From contig CM059431.1 of NCBI GenBank assembly GCA_030390025.1, positions 153,018,001 through 153,082,000 on the forward strand: a stretch of 64,000 nucleotides of DNA, in the 5' to 3' direction. Within the stretch, counting starts at the first letter, position 1. Every line of letters begins with the position of its first letter. Shown here in pieces: positions 48,020 through 59,219 of the stretch. Made by a program: the position numbers and the translations under genes. This stretch comes from Squalus acanthias (Eukaryota). The notes beneath the pieces are model-generated. The model ran no database searches. It was not told the origin of the DNA and saw only the letters and a program-made list of their open reading frames with translations.

Positions 48020-51000
48020 GGGCTCGATTTTGCCAGGCCCGAGGAGGCGGGATTGAAGGCGTGTGAGGTGGTAAAATCGCAAAAAATGGCGGGCGGGCCC
48101 GAGCCCGCCTCCATCCCACCTCCGAGCAATTTTCCCAAATGCGTGTTTGCTGACCCCGTTTCAATCCCGCCTCCAAGAGGCGGGATAGGCCCTTAACAAC
48201 CAGTTAAGTGCATCTCTAATCCCATTTTGAGAGGCCTTTCTGATTTTACCACTTTTCCCACGATCCTGCACGTCTCCTCTGGAACCTGGCGGCCTCACAA
48301 GTGGACTGTTACTGACAGCTGCAGCTCCACCATTAAAAAGGAGTTTTCAGCAATCATCATTTGCAGTTGGCAGAACTTTGTTGTCTCAGGTCTGGAGGAA
48401 CTTTAGCAGGCATACCCATTGTTGTGGAAGTTTGGAGCCTGACACCCATCTCCAGTGTGACCTCCTGCGAAACCCCTCTCGCTTCCTCAACTGAGGCATA
48501 TACGAGAAGCATGGGATCCATTTATTTCCTTTCTTCCTGGACATCAGATTCGGACGAAGACCAGCCGTAGCAGTAGCAGAACCATGAACAACAGCATCAC
48601 CAGCAGCAGCAGCAGCATCAACAGGAGTGCCAAGCTGCTCCTCACCCACCTGAAGCTGCACAGGCCAGAAGGCGCCAGCGCGCAACCACATTGCTGCCCG
48701 AGATGCAAGGGAAGCACTTGACCAGATTTGCTTAGCCTGCACAATCAAACACTTTTGCCTCGCACCTTCTTATCAGACCATCGACAATGGCCAGGAACCT
48801 GCGGATTCCTATCACTCTGACCACCATACTGACAATTGCAAGTCATCCTAAGCCCTCAATGTGGAAGTCCCATTTGCGAAATGACAGACGTCACAAATTC
48901 AGCAGTTTGCCAGCAGAATTTTTAATCACATCAAGCAAGTGCTGGCATTTCACGGTTAAATACAAAATTACACACAAGTGACTACCCTTGTGACTACTTG
49001 TGCATTATTTTTGTTTTACACGTGCTCCTACGTGGTGCTTCCCCTGTGGCTTCAGCAGATGTGGAGGCCCCTTGCTCACTTTCTTGCTGCTCCTGCCTCG
49101 ACACCTTTGGCGGCGTCCTCTGGGGTTGCCAGCCTGTGAGGGTTCGGCAACAGTCTGCTGCTCCTGCGGCTGTGCAGGTGTTGAGACGCCGATCTCAGTT
49201 GGGTGAGGACTCTTGTGGGACTCTGACCGAGGGCTTTCCAGTGGCTTGGTCGTGTGATCACTTGGAGAGTAGCCCCCACTTCCTTGTTGTCTGCCACCAA
49301 CATCCCTCTCATGGGTCAGCCCCACCTCAGTGCTTGCAAGTGGATTGAGACCTTGCTGCACATCAGGGGGGCCATGGGGACCCGTATCGGCACTGGAAGT
49401 CCTACTCAGAAGGACTTCCATGAAGGTCTGGTTTCTGTGTTCAATAGATGACCATCGCTCCTCAAGAGATGCCAGTCTATTCTGACCAATGACCATGTGT
49501 TCTACACTCTGGCGACTTATCTCCTCCATAGCCATAGCCATCCTCTCCTCTACTGTAGCCATCCTTTCCGTGGTGATGCATTCATGTGCCAATGACTCCA
49601 CAAAGGCTCTGCTCATTTTCGCTATGGACTCCTACATTCGCACCACACTCGCAGCGACCCTGGAGACAAAACCTGCCAGAGACGCCTGCATCTGTTCCAG
49701 GAGTTCCAGCACCGCTGATCTTATGGATGGACCCAGAGGCAGAGGGTCAACATGCAGCTGACCCGAGCTAGGAGAGTCCTGCTACTAGGACTCTCCACTG
49801 CTGTCCCTGTCTCAACTATCTGCTGTTGCTCACTTGTGGTACACCACGTGACAACACTACTCTATCTCGCGATGTTCCCTCCGAGGTGTGAGTGTCTGCG
49901 CTGGTGCTGGCTGCGCTGATTTCTGCTGAGGAGGTGCCCTCAGAGGTTGCAGCTTCCTCTGAGGAGTGGTGAGGCTCATGCTCTTCCGCCTGGACGGTGG
50001 GGACGGCTGCTCGCGATGGTCCTAGGGTGGAGTAAAGGAAAGAGTCAGAGATGTGAGTCCAAGGTTACATGCACATTGCATATTGCAGATAATCATAAGT
50101 CAGTCTGCTGGAGCATCAGAATCATTATCAGTGACTCATGCAATGTCAATGAGAGAGATGATAAACTATTCTGTCACCAGCTTGCTCTGATGCACCGATC
50201 TGTCTGTCCCCCACTTGCGCATCCTCCTCCACTCCCATGATCTCCAGGACCGCCTCCTCCCAGGTGGTGAGCTGGGCTACTGAGGGAGGCCCTCCTCCTG
50301 TCGTCGCTCTTTACCTCTTATTGTGAGCTCTCTTTTCCTGCAATGAGGGAGACAAGTGGAGTTTGAGTGAGAATGAAGGAGTGTAGAGAATCTATATCAT
50401 TGATGGTTAGAAGGAGATAAATTCGGAGTGAGGTGGCAAGACCATGTGCCCTTCCTGTGTGTTGTAAGTTGTTTTCATAGCATCACAGCGATAGGGAGTG
50501 TGAGGGCTGCATAGTCGAATAGTTAGGTGAATGTGACCATACAGAGAGAGGGAATGGGTAAGGGCGCAGGGATGTCAGTGTCAAGTGGGATGTGGAGGAA
50601 GAGGTTGTCAAAGCTGAGTGCTGGTGAGGAGAGGCAATGGGGTTCAGATTGACGGTGATGGGAAATTCATACTCACTTTTCCAGTGAGCAGCAGGTCATG
50701 AAGCCTCTTCCTGCACTGAAGCCAGGTTCTGCGGGTTATGGACAACGAGTTGACCTCCGCTGCCACCTGGATCCACACAGCCTTGGTTTGATGGGAAGGC
50801 TTCTTCCTCCCTGAAGAAGGGAAGAGCACCTCCTTATTAGCTCTGCCTCCCTCAATTAAAGCTTGCAGAGCGACGTCATCAAATCGAGGTGCAGACCTAG
50901 GTCTCAGGCTGGCCATTCTTCCTGCAGGTGCCTCTGACGTGCAAAGGCAGAAGCTTGGCAGTCTGCAGAGGAAGCAAGGCTTATTGCAGACCTTAAACGC

Positions 51001-51195
51001 TGCAGCAATGATGACGTCATCGGAAGCGATATTCAGACTGGAAAAACTCTCTGGCCATGGGTTCCCACACGTTGGAACTCAAATGGCCAATTATGTTAAA
51101 ATTGCATCAATCTCCCACATCGATTTAGATTCGGGTGGCTAACACGAAATGCGGATGACACAACCCTAGCCCGCCCCTGAATCACAATCCAGCCC
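48020..51195. mobile_element. PIF/Harbinger DNA transposon, defective
   Basis: Imperfect TIRs gggctcgattttg / cacaatccagccc; internal Myb/SANT-like gene; no DDE transposase ORF. Confidence 0.8.
49005..50916 (-). pseudogene. Harbinger Myb/SANT-like DNA-binding protein gene (NAIF1-like domain), 3 exons, in-frame stop in exon 2
   Basis: Exon 1 50916-50677 RSAPRFDDVALQALIE...KEVLFP...WIQVAAEVNS...RTWLQCRKRLHDL |gtgagt; exon 2 from 50337 EKRAHNKR*RATTGGGP (TAA at 50313-50311); exon 3 from ~50021 runs into the coiled-coil-like ORF 49616-49005. Confidence 0.8.
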
Positions 51196-51431
51196 AAAGA
51201 CTCTGTAAGGATGACTGAAGTGGAAAATTGATACTGACACAGGCTCTAAAATGGGTACAGTTCTATTTCACAGCACTGATTTACAGAGGCCAGGAGATGC
51301 ATAAACATTTTCAGCTTTTATCTTTGATTCATTTCTGAGCAGCAGCGAATACATTTTGCGCATTATCTTCTCCAGCGGCAGGAGCTGGTGAGCGGCCTGG
51401 GCAGGGACCGCATTATTGGTACACGACTGGC

Positions 51432-51875
51432 AGTGTCAGCTGTGGCTCAGTGGGTAGCACACTCGCCTCTGAGTCAGAAGCTTGTGGGTCCATGTCGGGA
51501 CTTGAGCACATCAAGCTAGGCTGACACTCCAGTGCAGTGCTGAGAGAGTGCTGCACTGTCGGAGGTTAAACCGAGGCCCCATCTGCTCTCTCAGGTGGAC
51601 TTAAAGATCCCAGGGCACTATTTCGAAGAAGAGCAGGGGAGTTATCCCTGGTGGCCTGGCCAATATTTCTCCCTCAATCAACATAACAAAAACAAATTAT
51701 CTGGTCATTATCACATTGCTGATTGTGGGAGCTTGCTGTGCACAAATTCGCCGCCGTGTTTCCCACATTACAGCAGTGACTACACTTCCAAAGTACTTAA
51801 TTGTCTGTAAAGCGCTTTGAGACATCCGGTGGTTGTGAAGGCGCTATATAAATGCAAGTCTTTCTTTTCTTTCTT
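51432..51875 (+). mobile_element. tRNA-derived Deu-domain SINE with an L2-type tail
   Basis: tRNA-like head gtggctcagtgggtagcac; central ggcactatttcgaagaagagcagggg...cattgctgattgtgggagcttgctgtgc; tail gcgctatataaatgcaagtctttc. Confidence 0.85.
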
Positions 51876-52694
51876 AGGGCGGACATTAGTGTGTGGCCCT
51901 CAACAGCTCAGCGAAACTTGTTAAGTGGCCCTTCAGCCCAAACAGTTTCCACCCCTCATCTAAAGTAAGAGTAATAGAAAAGTCAAAAGTGTTGACAGGC
52001 CATATCATCCTGTGTGTCAAATCACCAATAATTTCACTATCAGGATTCAGTAGCGAGTGTGAAAGGGAATATAATACAATTTTACAACAGTGAGGGCAAT
52101 TTTGTTACATCTCGATTCATTCAGTTACATATTTAGAACACAACAATGACACACTGTTGTCCAACTGTTAATCATTCATGTTTATTTGATATAAATTTGT
52201 TCTGTGTTCATTTTATTTTTTTCTAATGTTTCACCTGTACAACTGTGGAATTTGGTGATAATTAATTGAAATTTTCAGTCCGATATAATTTACAACTTTC
52301 AGTACAGTCCATACATGAGCGTTACACTGATAATCAAATACAAGTGTTCGGTCTGAGGACAAACACTTTGACATTTAGAATTCACGTGTTCGAAATTATG
52401 TGGACTATGTTTGCAGATAATTTCATGCAGAACAATCAACTATGAAATCTATCAGTACACTTGTACACTAATCTTTTACAAAAATGAACAATTTGAATCA
52501 GCAGGCACAACACGTAGAGGCGGAACTAATATTTGGCATGTTTTTTGCACTGATCAACTGAACAAATATAATTATTTAACAAGAGAACATTTTGGAGACT
52601 CCTTATAACCCGGTCAGGAATCAAGGGCTTCCAGCCCAGGAAAAGCATGGCCTGTAGCGTTCTCCCTGCATTCCCTTGAATGGAAGTTTTTTCT

Positions 52695-53180
52695 TACTAA
52701 TTTATGGGATGTGGGCGTCGCTGGCAAGGCCAGCATTTATTGCCCATCCCTAATTGCCCTCGAGAAGGTGATGGTGAGGCGCCTTCTTGAACCGCTGCAG
52801 TCCGTGTGGTGAAGGTACTCCCACAGTGCTGTTAGCGAGCGTATTCCAGGATTTTGACCCAGCGACGATGAAGGAACGGAGATATACTTCCAAGTCAAGA
52901 TGGTGTGTGACTTGGTGCAGAACTTGGAGCTGGTGGTGTTCCCGTGCACCTGCTGCCCTTGTCCTTCTAGTTGGAAGAGGTCGCGGGTTTGGGAGGTGCT
53001 GCCGAAGAAGCCTCGGCGAGTTGCTGCAGTGCATCTTGTAGATGGTACACACTGCAACCACGGTACGCCGGTGGTGGAGGGAGTGAATGTTTAAGGTGGT
53101 GGATAATCTAGTTTGTCCTGTATGGTGTTGAGCTTCTTGAATGTTGTTGGAGCTGCACTCATCCAGGCAAGTGGAGAGTT
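52695..53180 (-). mobile_element. 3' end of the second CR1-group LINE family
   Basis: TTLNIHSLHHRRTVVAVCTIYKMHCSNSPRLL, as in 59469-60395; followed by a short CR1 tail at 53181-53410. Confidence 0.85.
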
Positions 53181-53469
53181 TGAATCGTAGAATGATACAG
53201 CAAAGAATGAGGCCATTCAGCCCATCGTGTCTGTGCCGGCTCTTTGGTAGAGCTGTCCAATTAGTCGCACTCCCTTGCTCTTTCCCCATAGCCCTGTATC
53301 TTTTTTTCCCCTTCAAGTATTTATCTAATTCTCTTTTGAATGTTACTATTAAATCTGCTGCCACCGCCCTTTCAGGCAGTGCATTCCAGATCACAACAAC
53401 TCGCTGCGTAAACTCTGGTTCTTCTGTCAAGTTAGGGCAAGAACTGCAGGAACATACACATACTGTACT

Positions 53470-54311
53470 TTACACCGAGATGAGAGCCAGAGCCGCCAGA
53501 ATCCACCATCCACCCAATGCCGAAATGATCGCCCCCTCACACCGTACCACCACCAGCTCCCCATCTTTGTCCCTGTCCAACCTCACCACGGTCCCCTGCT
53601 TCCTCATTCCCTTGAGAAGAAAGTTGCTGCCACCTTCCCAAGAGCTCTGATTTTCGACTCGAAACACCTCGTAAGGTGGAATCAGAACCTCCTGCTCCTC
53701 CGGGAAATGCGAGAAGTTTTGGATGCGGACCCCGTAGAGTGAGCGTATCTCTAACATGGTGTTGGTGTTTGTGGAGCTGTTGGTGTAGTTAATGGCGATC
53801 TGTTGATCAAGAGACGAAGAGGCAAAGTATCCAAATCTCACGTATGAGCCCAGCTGAGCCTCCGCCTTCCTCGAGAACCCTCTGTAAGTCTGCGGTACCG
53901 GGCGGCACGAATCGGTGCCCAGTTTCTCAAGGGCGACGGAGAGAAGATAATGAAAGCTTTTGAAGTTGAAATTCTTGGCGTAGATGGAGTCAGTCGCTCC
54001 GTACAGTCTGACCGCTTCATTGAACATTTTGTAGAACCCGTTGTTTTGGGGGCTGCTTGCCGTGTAGGCATACAGCGCCAACATGTGCTCTTTTCTCAGT
54101 CCATTGGGTATCTTCGATTTCATGTGGCCACATGCGAACTCCCAGACGGTATCAAACGTCTTGTTCTTCTGTCTCTCTTCCCGGATGTAGTCTATGGCTA
54201 TCTGGTCAGATTCCTCGCTCTGGGTGAAGATGTAAGCTGCAGAACCTTTCGCCATGTCCAGTCGGATGACATTTTCCCCGTTCTTTCCGTTGACAGCAAG
54301 TATGTTCTGGT
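53470..54311 (-). CDS. Ecto-ADP-ribosyltransferase (ARTC family, NAD+-arginine type), main exon with catalytic domain and GPI-like tail
   Basis: RLDMA, ALYAYT, FNEAVR, FNFKSFHYLL, TYRG (R), FGYFASSS (S), FPEEQEVLIPPYEVF (EXE); hydrophobic C-terminus; phase-1 acceptor ttgttttacag|ac at 54312/54311. Confidence 0.93.
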
Positions 54312-54384
54312 CTGTAAAACAAAGCCGGAATCTGACCAACCCACGCCAGCACATTCAGATCAGTGACCCCAAACTGCGGGACAA

Positions 54385-54780
54385 TTGCTAAAGAAATACT
54401 TGCATTTCGAGAGCACCATTCACGACCGCTCACCGTTTTTCAGCCAACTAAGTACTTTTTGAAGTGCGGTCACTGTCGGAAATGCGGCAGCCAATTTGCG
54501 CACAGCAAGCTCCCACAAACAGCAATGTGATAACGACCAGATAGATAATCTGTTTTTTTTAGTGATGTTGATTGACCTGCAATATTAACCGGCAAGAACT
54601 GCCCTTGCTCTTCTATCGAAGTAGTGCCATGGGATCTTTTACATCCACCGAAGAGGGCAGAAGGGGCTTCGGTTTGACACTCAATACCGCACTGGAGTGT
54701 CAGCCTAGATTGGTTGTGCTCAAGTCTCTGGCGTGGGTCTTGAACCCACAAACCTGAATGACTCAGAGGCTAGGGTGCAT
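54385..54780 (-). mobile_element. Deu-domain tRNA SINE in the ART intron
   Basis: Reverse complement of the 51432-51875 family (gcacagcaagctcccacaaacagcaatgtgataa; gggtcttgaaccc B-box-like). Confidence 0.82.
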
Positions 54781-54784
54781 CCTA

Positions 54785-55450
54785 GGGGGTCACCATTAAC
54801 CAGAAACTTAACTGGACCAGCCACATAAATACTGTGGCTGCAAGAGCAGGTCAGAGGCTAGGTATTCTGCAGCGAGTGTCTCACCTCCTGACTCCCCAAA
54901 GCCTTTCCACCATGTACAAGGCACAAGTAAGGAGAGTGATGGAATACTCTCCACTTGCCTGGATGAGTGCAGCTCCACCAACACTCAAGAAGCTCGCCAC
55001 CATCCAGGACAAAGCAGCCCGCTTGATTGGCACCCCATCCACCACCTTAAACATTCACTCCCTCCACCACCGGCGTACCGTGGCTGCAGTGTGTACCATC
55101 TACAAGATGCACTGCAGCAACTCGCCAAGGCCTCTTCGGCAGCACCTCGCAAACCCGTGACCTCTTCCACCTAAAAGGACAAGGGCAGCAGGCGCATGGG
55201 AACACCACCACCTCCAAGTTCCCTTTCAAGTCACACACCATTCTGACTTAGAAGTATATCGCCAATCCTTCATCGTCGCTAGGTCAAAATCCTGGAACTC
55301 CCTACCTAAAAGCACTGTGGGAGTACCATCACCACACGGACTGCAGCGGTTAAAGAAGGCGGCTCACCACCACCTTCTCAAGGGCAACTAGGGATGGGCA
55401 ATAAATGCTGGCTTTGCCAGCGACGCCCACATCCGATAAACGAATTTAAA
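54785..55450 (+). mobile_element. 3' end of the second CR1-group LINE family
   Basis: AGQRLGILQRVSHLLTPQSLSTMYKAQVRRVMEYSPLAW; ends ttgccagcgacgcccacatcc. Confidence 0.88.
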
Positions 55451-55959
55451 AAATTAAAATATTTAGCTCTTCGAGCCTGCTCTGCCATTCAATAAGATCA
55501 TGGCTGATCTTCTACCTCAAATCCACCTTCCTGCACTATTCCCCATATCCCTTGATTCCCTTAATATCTAAAAATCTATCGATCTCTGTCGCCAAGCATA
55601 ATTATGGTGGCATAGATCTTTAGATATTTGTGAGAAGGAGAAATGATGGCGATTGGGGGTTGGGAGGACATTTCCGTATTTGTTTTGCAGGGCGGAGCGC
55701 AGACAGGAACATGAGGCGGCGAAAATAACCCGCTGGTTACAGACTCCTCCCGACTTTCCTTCCATTAACTTACAGGGAAGGTCAGTCAGCTAAGATCTAT
55801 TACCTGCCCGGATTCGCCCGTCAGATTCTCTGGCCTCTTTCCATTCAGGGGGCTGCTTAAAGCCCTGGCAGCATTCCCAGGTGTTCCACAGATGTTAGGG
55901 CTTTGAAACCAATCACTTACAGGAGGAGACAGTGCAGTGAGTTCTCCTTCCAGTGCAAT

Positions 55960-56735
55960 GAGTCATAGAGTCATAACGGCACAGTAGGAGGCCATTCGGC
56001 CCATCGAGTCCGTGCCGGCTCTCTGCAGAGCAATCCAGTCAGTCCCATTCCCCCGTTCTATCCCTGTAGCCCTGCAAGTTTATTTCCCTCAAATGCCTAC
56101 CCAGTCTCCCCTTGAAAACATTGAGTGTCTCCGCTTCCACCACTTCCGTCGGCAGCGAATTCCAGGTCCTCACCACTCGCTGCGTAAAAAAGTTTTTCCT
56201 CACACCCCCCTGTATCTCTTGCCCAAAACCATAAATCTGTGCCCCCTAGTCCTTGTGCCATCAACTAGTGGAAACAGCCTTCGTCTAGCCTATCCAAACC
56301 CCTCATAATCTTGTACACCTCTATCAAATCACCCCTCAACCTTCTTTGCTCTAATGAAAACAAATCCAGCTTCTCCAACCTGTCCTTGTAGCTAAGATCC
56401 CCCATCCCCGGAACCATTCTGGGAAATCTCCTCTGCACCATCTCAATTCACATCCTTCCTGAAGTGTGGTGACCAGAACTTGACGCTATACTGCAGTTGT
56501 GGCCTATCCAGTGCATTATAAAGGTTCAGCATAACTTCAATACTTTTGTACTCAATACCTCTATTTATGAAGCCCAAGATCCCATATGCTTTGTTAACCA
56601 CTCTCTCAATATGTCCTGCCACCTTCAGGGACCTATGCACATTAACTCCCAGGTCCCTCTGTCCCTGCACACTCTTTAAAACTGGGCCATGAAGTGTATA
56701 TTGCCTCTCCCTGTTCCTTCTGCCAAAATGCATCG
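55960..56735 (-). mobile_element. CR1 LINE 3' fragment
   Basis: MHFGRRNRERQY...QRDLGVNVHRSLKV...FWSPHFRKDV. Confidence 0.88.
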
Positions 56736-56867
56736 AGGATTGTTGGTTAGTATCTCAACGTTTGAACAACAAGCACATTTGGTGAAAAGCAAATCAATAG
56801 AATCAAAGGCATCAGACACGAACACTGACATGTTTAATCGGATTGAACGATGAATTCAGATACTTAC

Positions 56868-56913
56868 AATTAAAACTTTGGAAAATAAGCAGAGTTATAA
56901 CCAAAGAACGCAT
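56868..56913 (-). CDS. Predicted signal-peptide exon of the ART gene
   Basis: ATG at 56913: MRSLVITLLIFQSFN + t|gtaagt; phase 1 matches the main exon, giving ...FNYQNILA-VNG. Confidence 0.75.
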
Positions 56914-57224
56914 TGTTTCTGCCTCCTGTTCCCTGTATGTCCAGATGAATTCGGTCCTCTCCCTCTGACCAGTGACCCTTCAGGATCTGCCTTTATTCAT
57001 TCTGAAGAATTCTACTGAGTGCAGTGGAATTTATACAGTTCACATGCGGTCCAGTAACACTGAAACTAAAACCAGTGGTTCCTCTTTCGATATGAGTGTG
57101 ATGTAATTTACTTATTAACTATTCCACACCATAGCCGCCTAGAATTAATTCAATAATTGCCAAAAAAGCTGTGTCAGGTTACTAGATTGATAGCGGATGG
57201 CTTAACGTCCGTCTAAAAACTATT

Positions 57225-58205
57225 ACATTACACAGGATATACGGCACAGAAACAGGCCATTCGGCCCAACCAGTCCATGCCGGTGTGTATGGTCCACTCG
57301 AGCCTCCTCCCGTCTTTCCTCATCTAAATCTAGCAGCATAAACTTCTATTCCCTTCTCCCTCATATGCTTGTCTTGCCTCCCCTTAAATGCATCTATACT
57401 ATTCGCTGCAACCTCTCCCTGTGGTAGCGAGTTCCACATTCTCACCAATCTTTGGGTAAAGAAGTTTCTTCTGAATTCCCTATTGGATTTCTTGGTGACT
57501 ATCTTACATTGATGGCCTCTAGTTGTGCTCTTCCCCACATGTGGAAACATTCTCTCTGTATCCATTCTATCAAAGCCTTTCATAATTTTAAAGGCCTCTA
57601 TTAGGTCACCCCTCAGCCTTCTTTTTTCAAGAGAAAAGAGACCCAGCCTGTTCATCCTTTCCTGATATGTATACCCTCGCATTTCTGGTGTCATCCTCGT
57701 AAATCTTCTCTGCACCCTCTCCAGTGCCTCTATATCCTTTTTATAATATGGAGACCAGAACTGTACGCAGTGCTCTAAGTGTGGTCTAACCAAGGTTCGA
57801 TACAGGTTTAGCATAACTTCCCCACTTTTCAGTTCTATCCCTTTAGAAATAAACCCGAGTGCTTGGTTTGCTTTTTTTATGGCCTTGCTAACCTGCGTTG
57901 CAACTTTTAGTAATTTGTGTAATAAAAACAGAAAATGCTGGAAATACTCAGCAGGTCAGGCAGCATCTGTGCAGAGAGGAACAGAGTTAACGTTTCAGGT
58001 GGATGACCCTTCGTCAGAACAGTGACTTGTGTATTTGTACTCCCAGATCCCTTTGCTCCTCTACCCCACCTAGACTCGCCTCCAACCTCCAAGTGATACG
58101 TGACCTCCCTATTCTTCCTACCAAAATGTAATACCTCACATTTATCTGTGTTGCCTTTCATTTGCCAATAATATGCCCATTCTGCAAGTTTATTAATGTT
58201 CTCCT
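57225..58205 (-). mobile_element. CR1 LINE 3' fragment, interrupted at 57921-58020
   Basis: ORF 57320-57814 LYRTLVRPHLEHCVQFWSP...RRLRGDLIEAFKIMKG...NFFTQRLVRMWNSLP. Confidence 0.92.
57921..58020 (-). mobile_element. 100-bp Penelope-type terminal fragment with a hammerhead motif (family distinct from the intronic ones)
   Basis: Minus strand gttCTGACGAagggtcatccacctGAAAcgttaac; imperfect flanking duplication agtaatttgtgt / agtgacttgtgt. Confidence 0.72.
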
Positions 58206-59219
58206 GAAACTATGAATTCTGTATTAAAAAAAATAATTCACTTGGAATTGGTTGTAAGTTAGGGTTGCGGCGAGGCCGTGCAGAAAGGCGAGAGGATTGT
58301 GAATCGAATGCATGGGGCGAGCAGGACTTGGATTAGCACAGGACACGATAACTGGCTGAAATGTGAATTACTCTTTAACAGTTGTACAGGTGAAACATTA
58401 GAATGACATTAACACGGAACGAATTCCGAATATCAAATACACAGGAGTGATTGATAGGTGACTTCAGTGTTTGAAATGTTTAACTGAATGAATCAAAACG
58501 TAATAAAATTGTCGACACTGTTGTAAAATTTATGATATTCAATTTCACAGTCGCTGCTGAATCCCTTATATTGAGATTGTTGGTGTTGTTGCGCCCATAA
58601 GTCCTTATGACAATTATGACTCTTCCATTCTAGATTCCTCGGCTTCTGTGTTTTTCGTTTCTGTCCAATGTGTTAGCTCCGTCCTGTCTCTCGATGTTAT
58701 CTTCTCAGACCCTGTTATCTGGGTAAGTTTCTCACAGTAGCTCCTGAAATTAAAGTGATTTTTTTTCCCCCAAAGGTAGTTTAGTCACTGGATCTGTCCA
58801 GTACCTTCACAAGAACACTGTCTCATCTTTGAAAGGCAGCCGAGCATCACCGAATTAAAGCTGTTCGGACCCTTCCTACCTTTGAGGTCCAGTGTGTTCA
58901 TATCATTTATGGGTCACACTTTACAGGCCCTGAATTCTATTCCTCCCTACGTCAGTTCTGCTATGAACCCCCATGTCTTGCTTTGACCCTCTCTCTCCAA
59001 GACCTTCTACATTTGGTCCATTCTGCCCCAGACTCCGACACCTGGAAGACAACATGTTTTTCAAAGGCTGCCTTTGACGGTATCTAAACAGTCTTCTGGT
59101 TTTTTGAATCGTCCCCTCCTGCTGATTTTCTTGATCCGTGCTCTTCCCCAGTTTGGGCAGTCCCTCTCCCCAGGGTGCCTGGTGCCTGTCCTCTCCTGTT
59201 TGTCATTCTGGGAACAAGT

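Noticed and set aside
51432..51510. tRNA gene
   Set aside because: It is a SINE head: the B-box region is degenerate and it continues into the Deu domain and L2 tail.
54312..54354. ORF-track start (MCWRGLVRF...) of the ART
   Set aside because: It lies upstream of a canonical acceptor; a better signal-peptide exon exists at 56868-56913.
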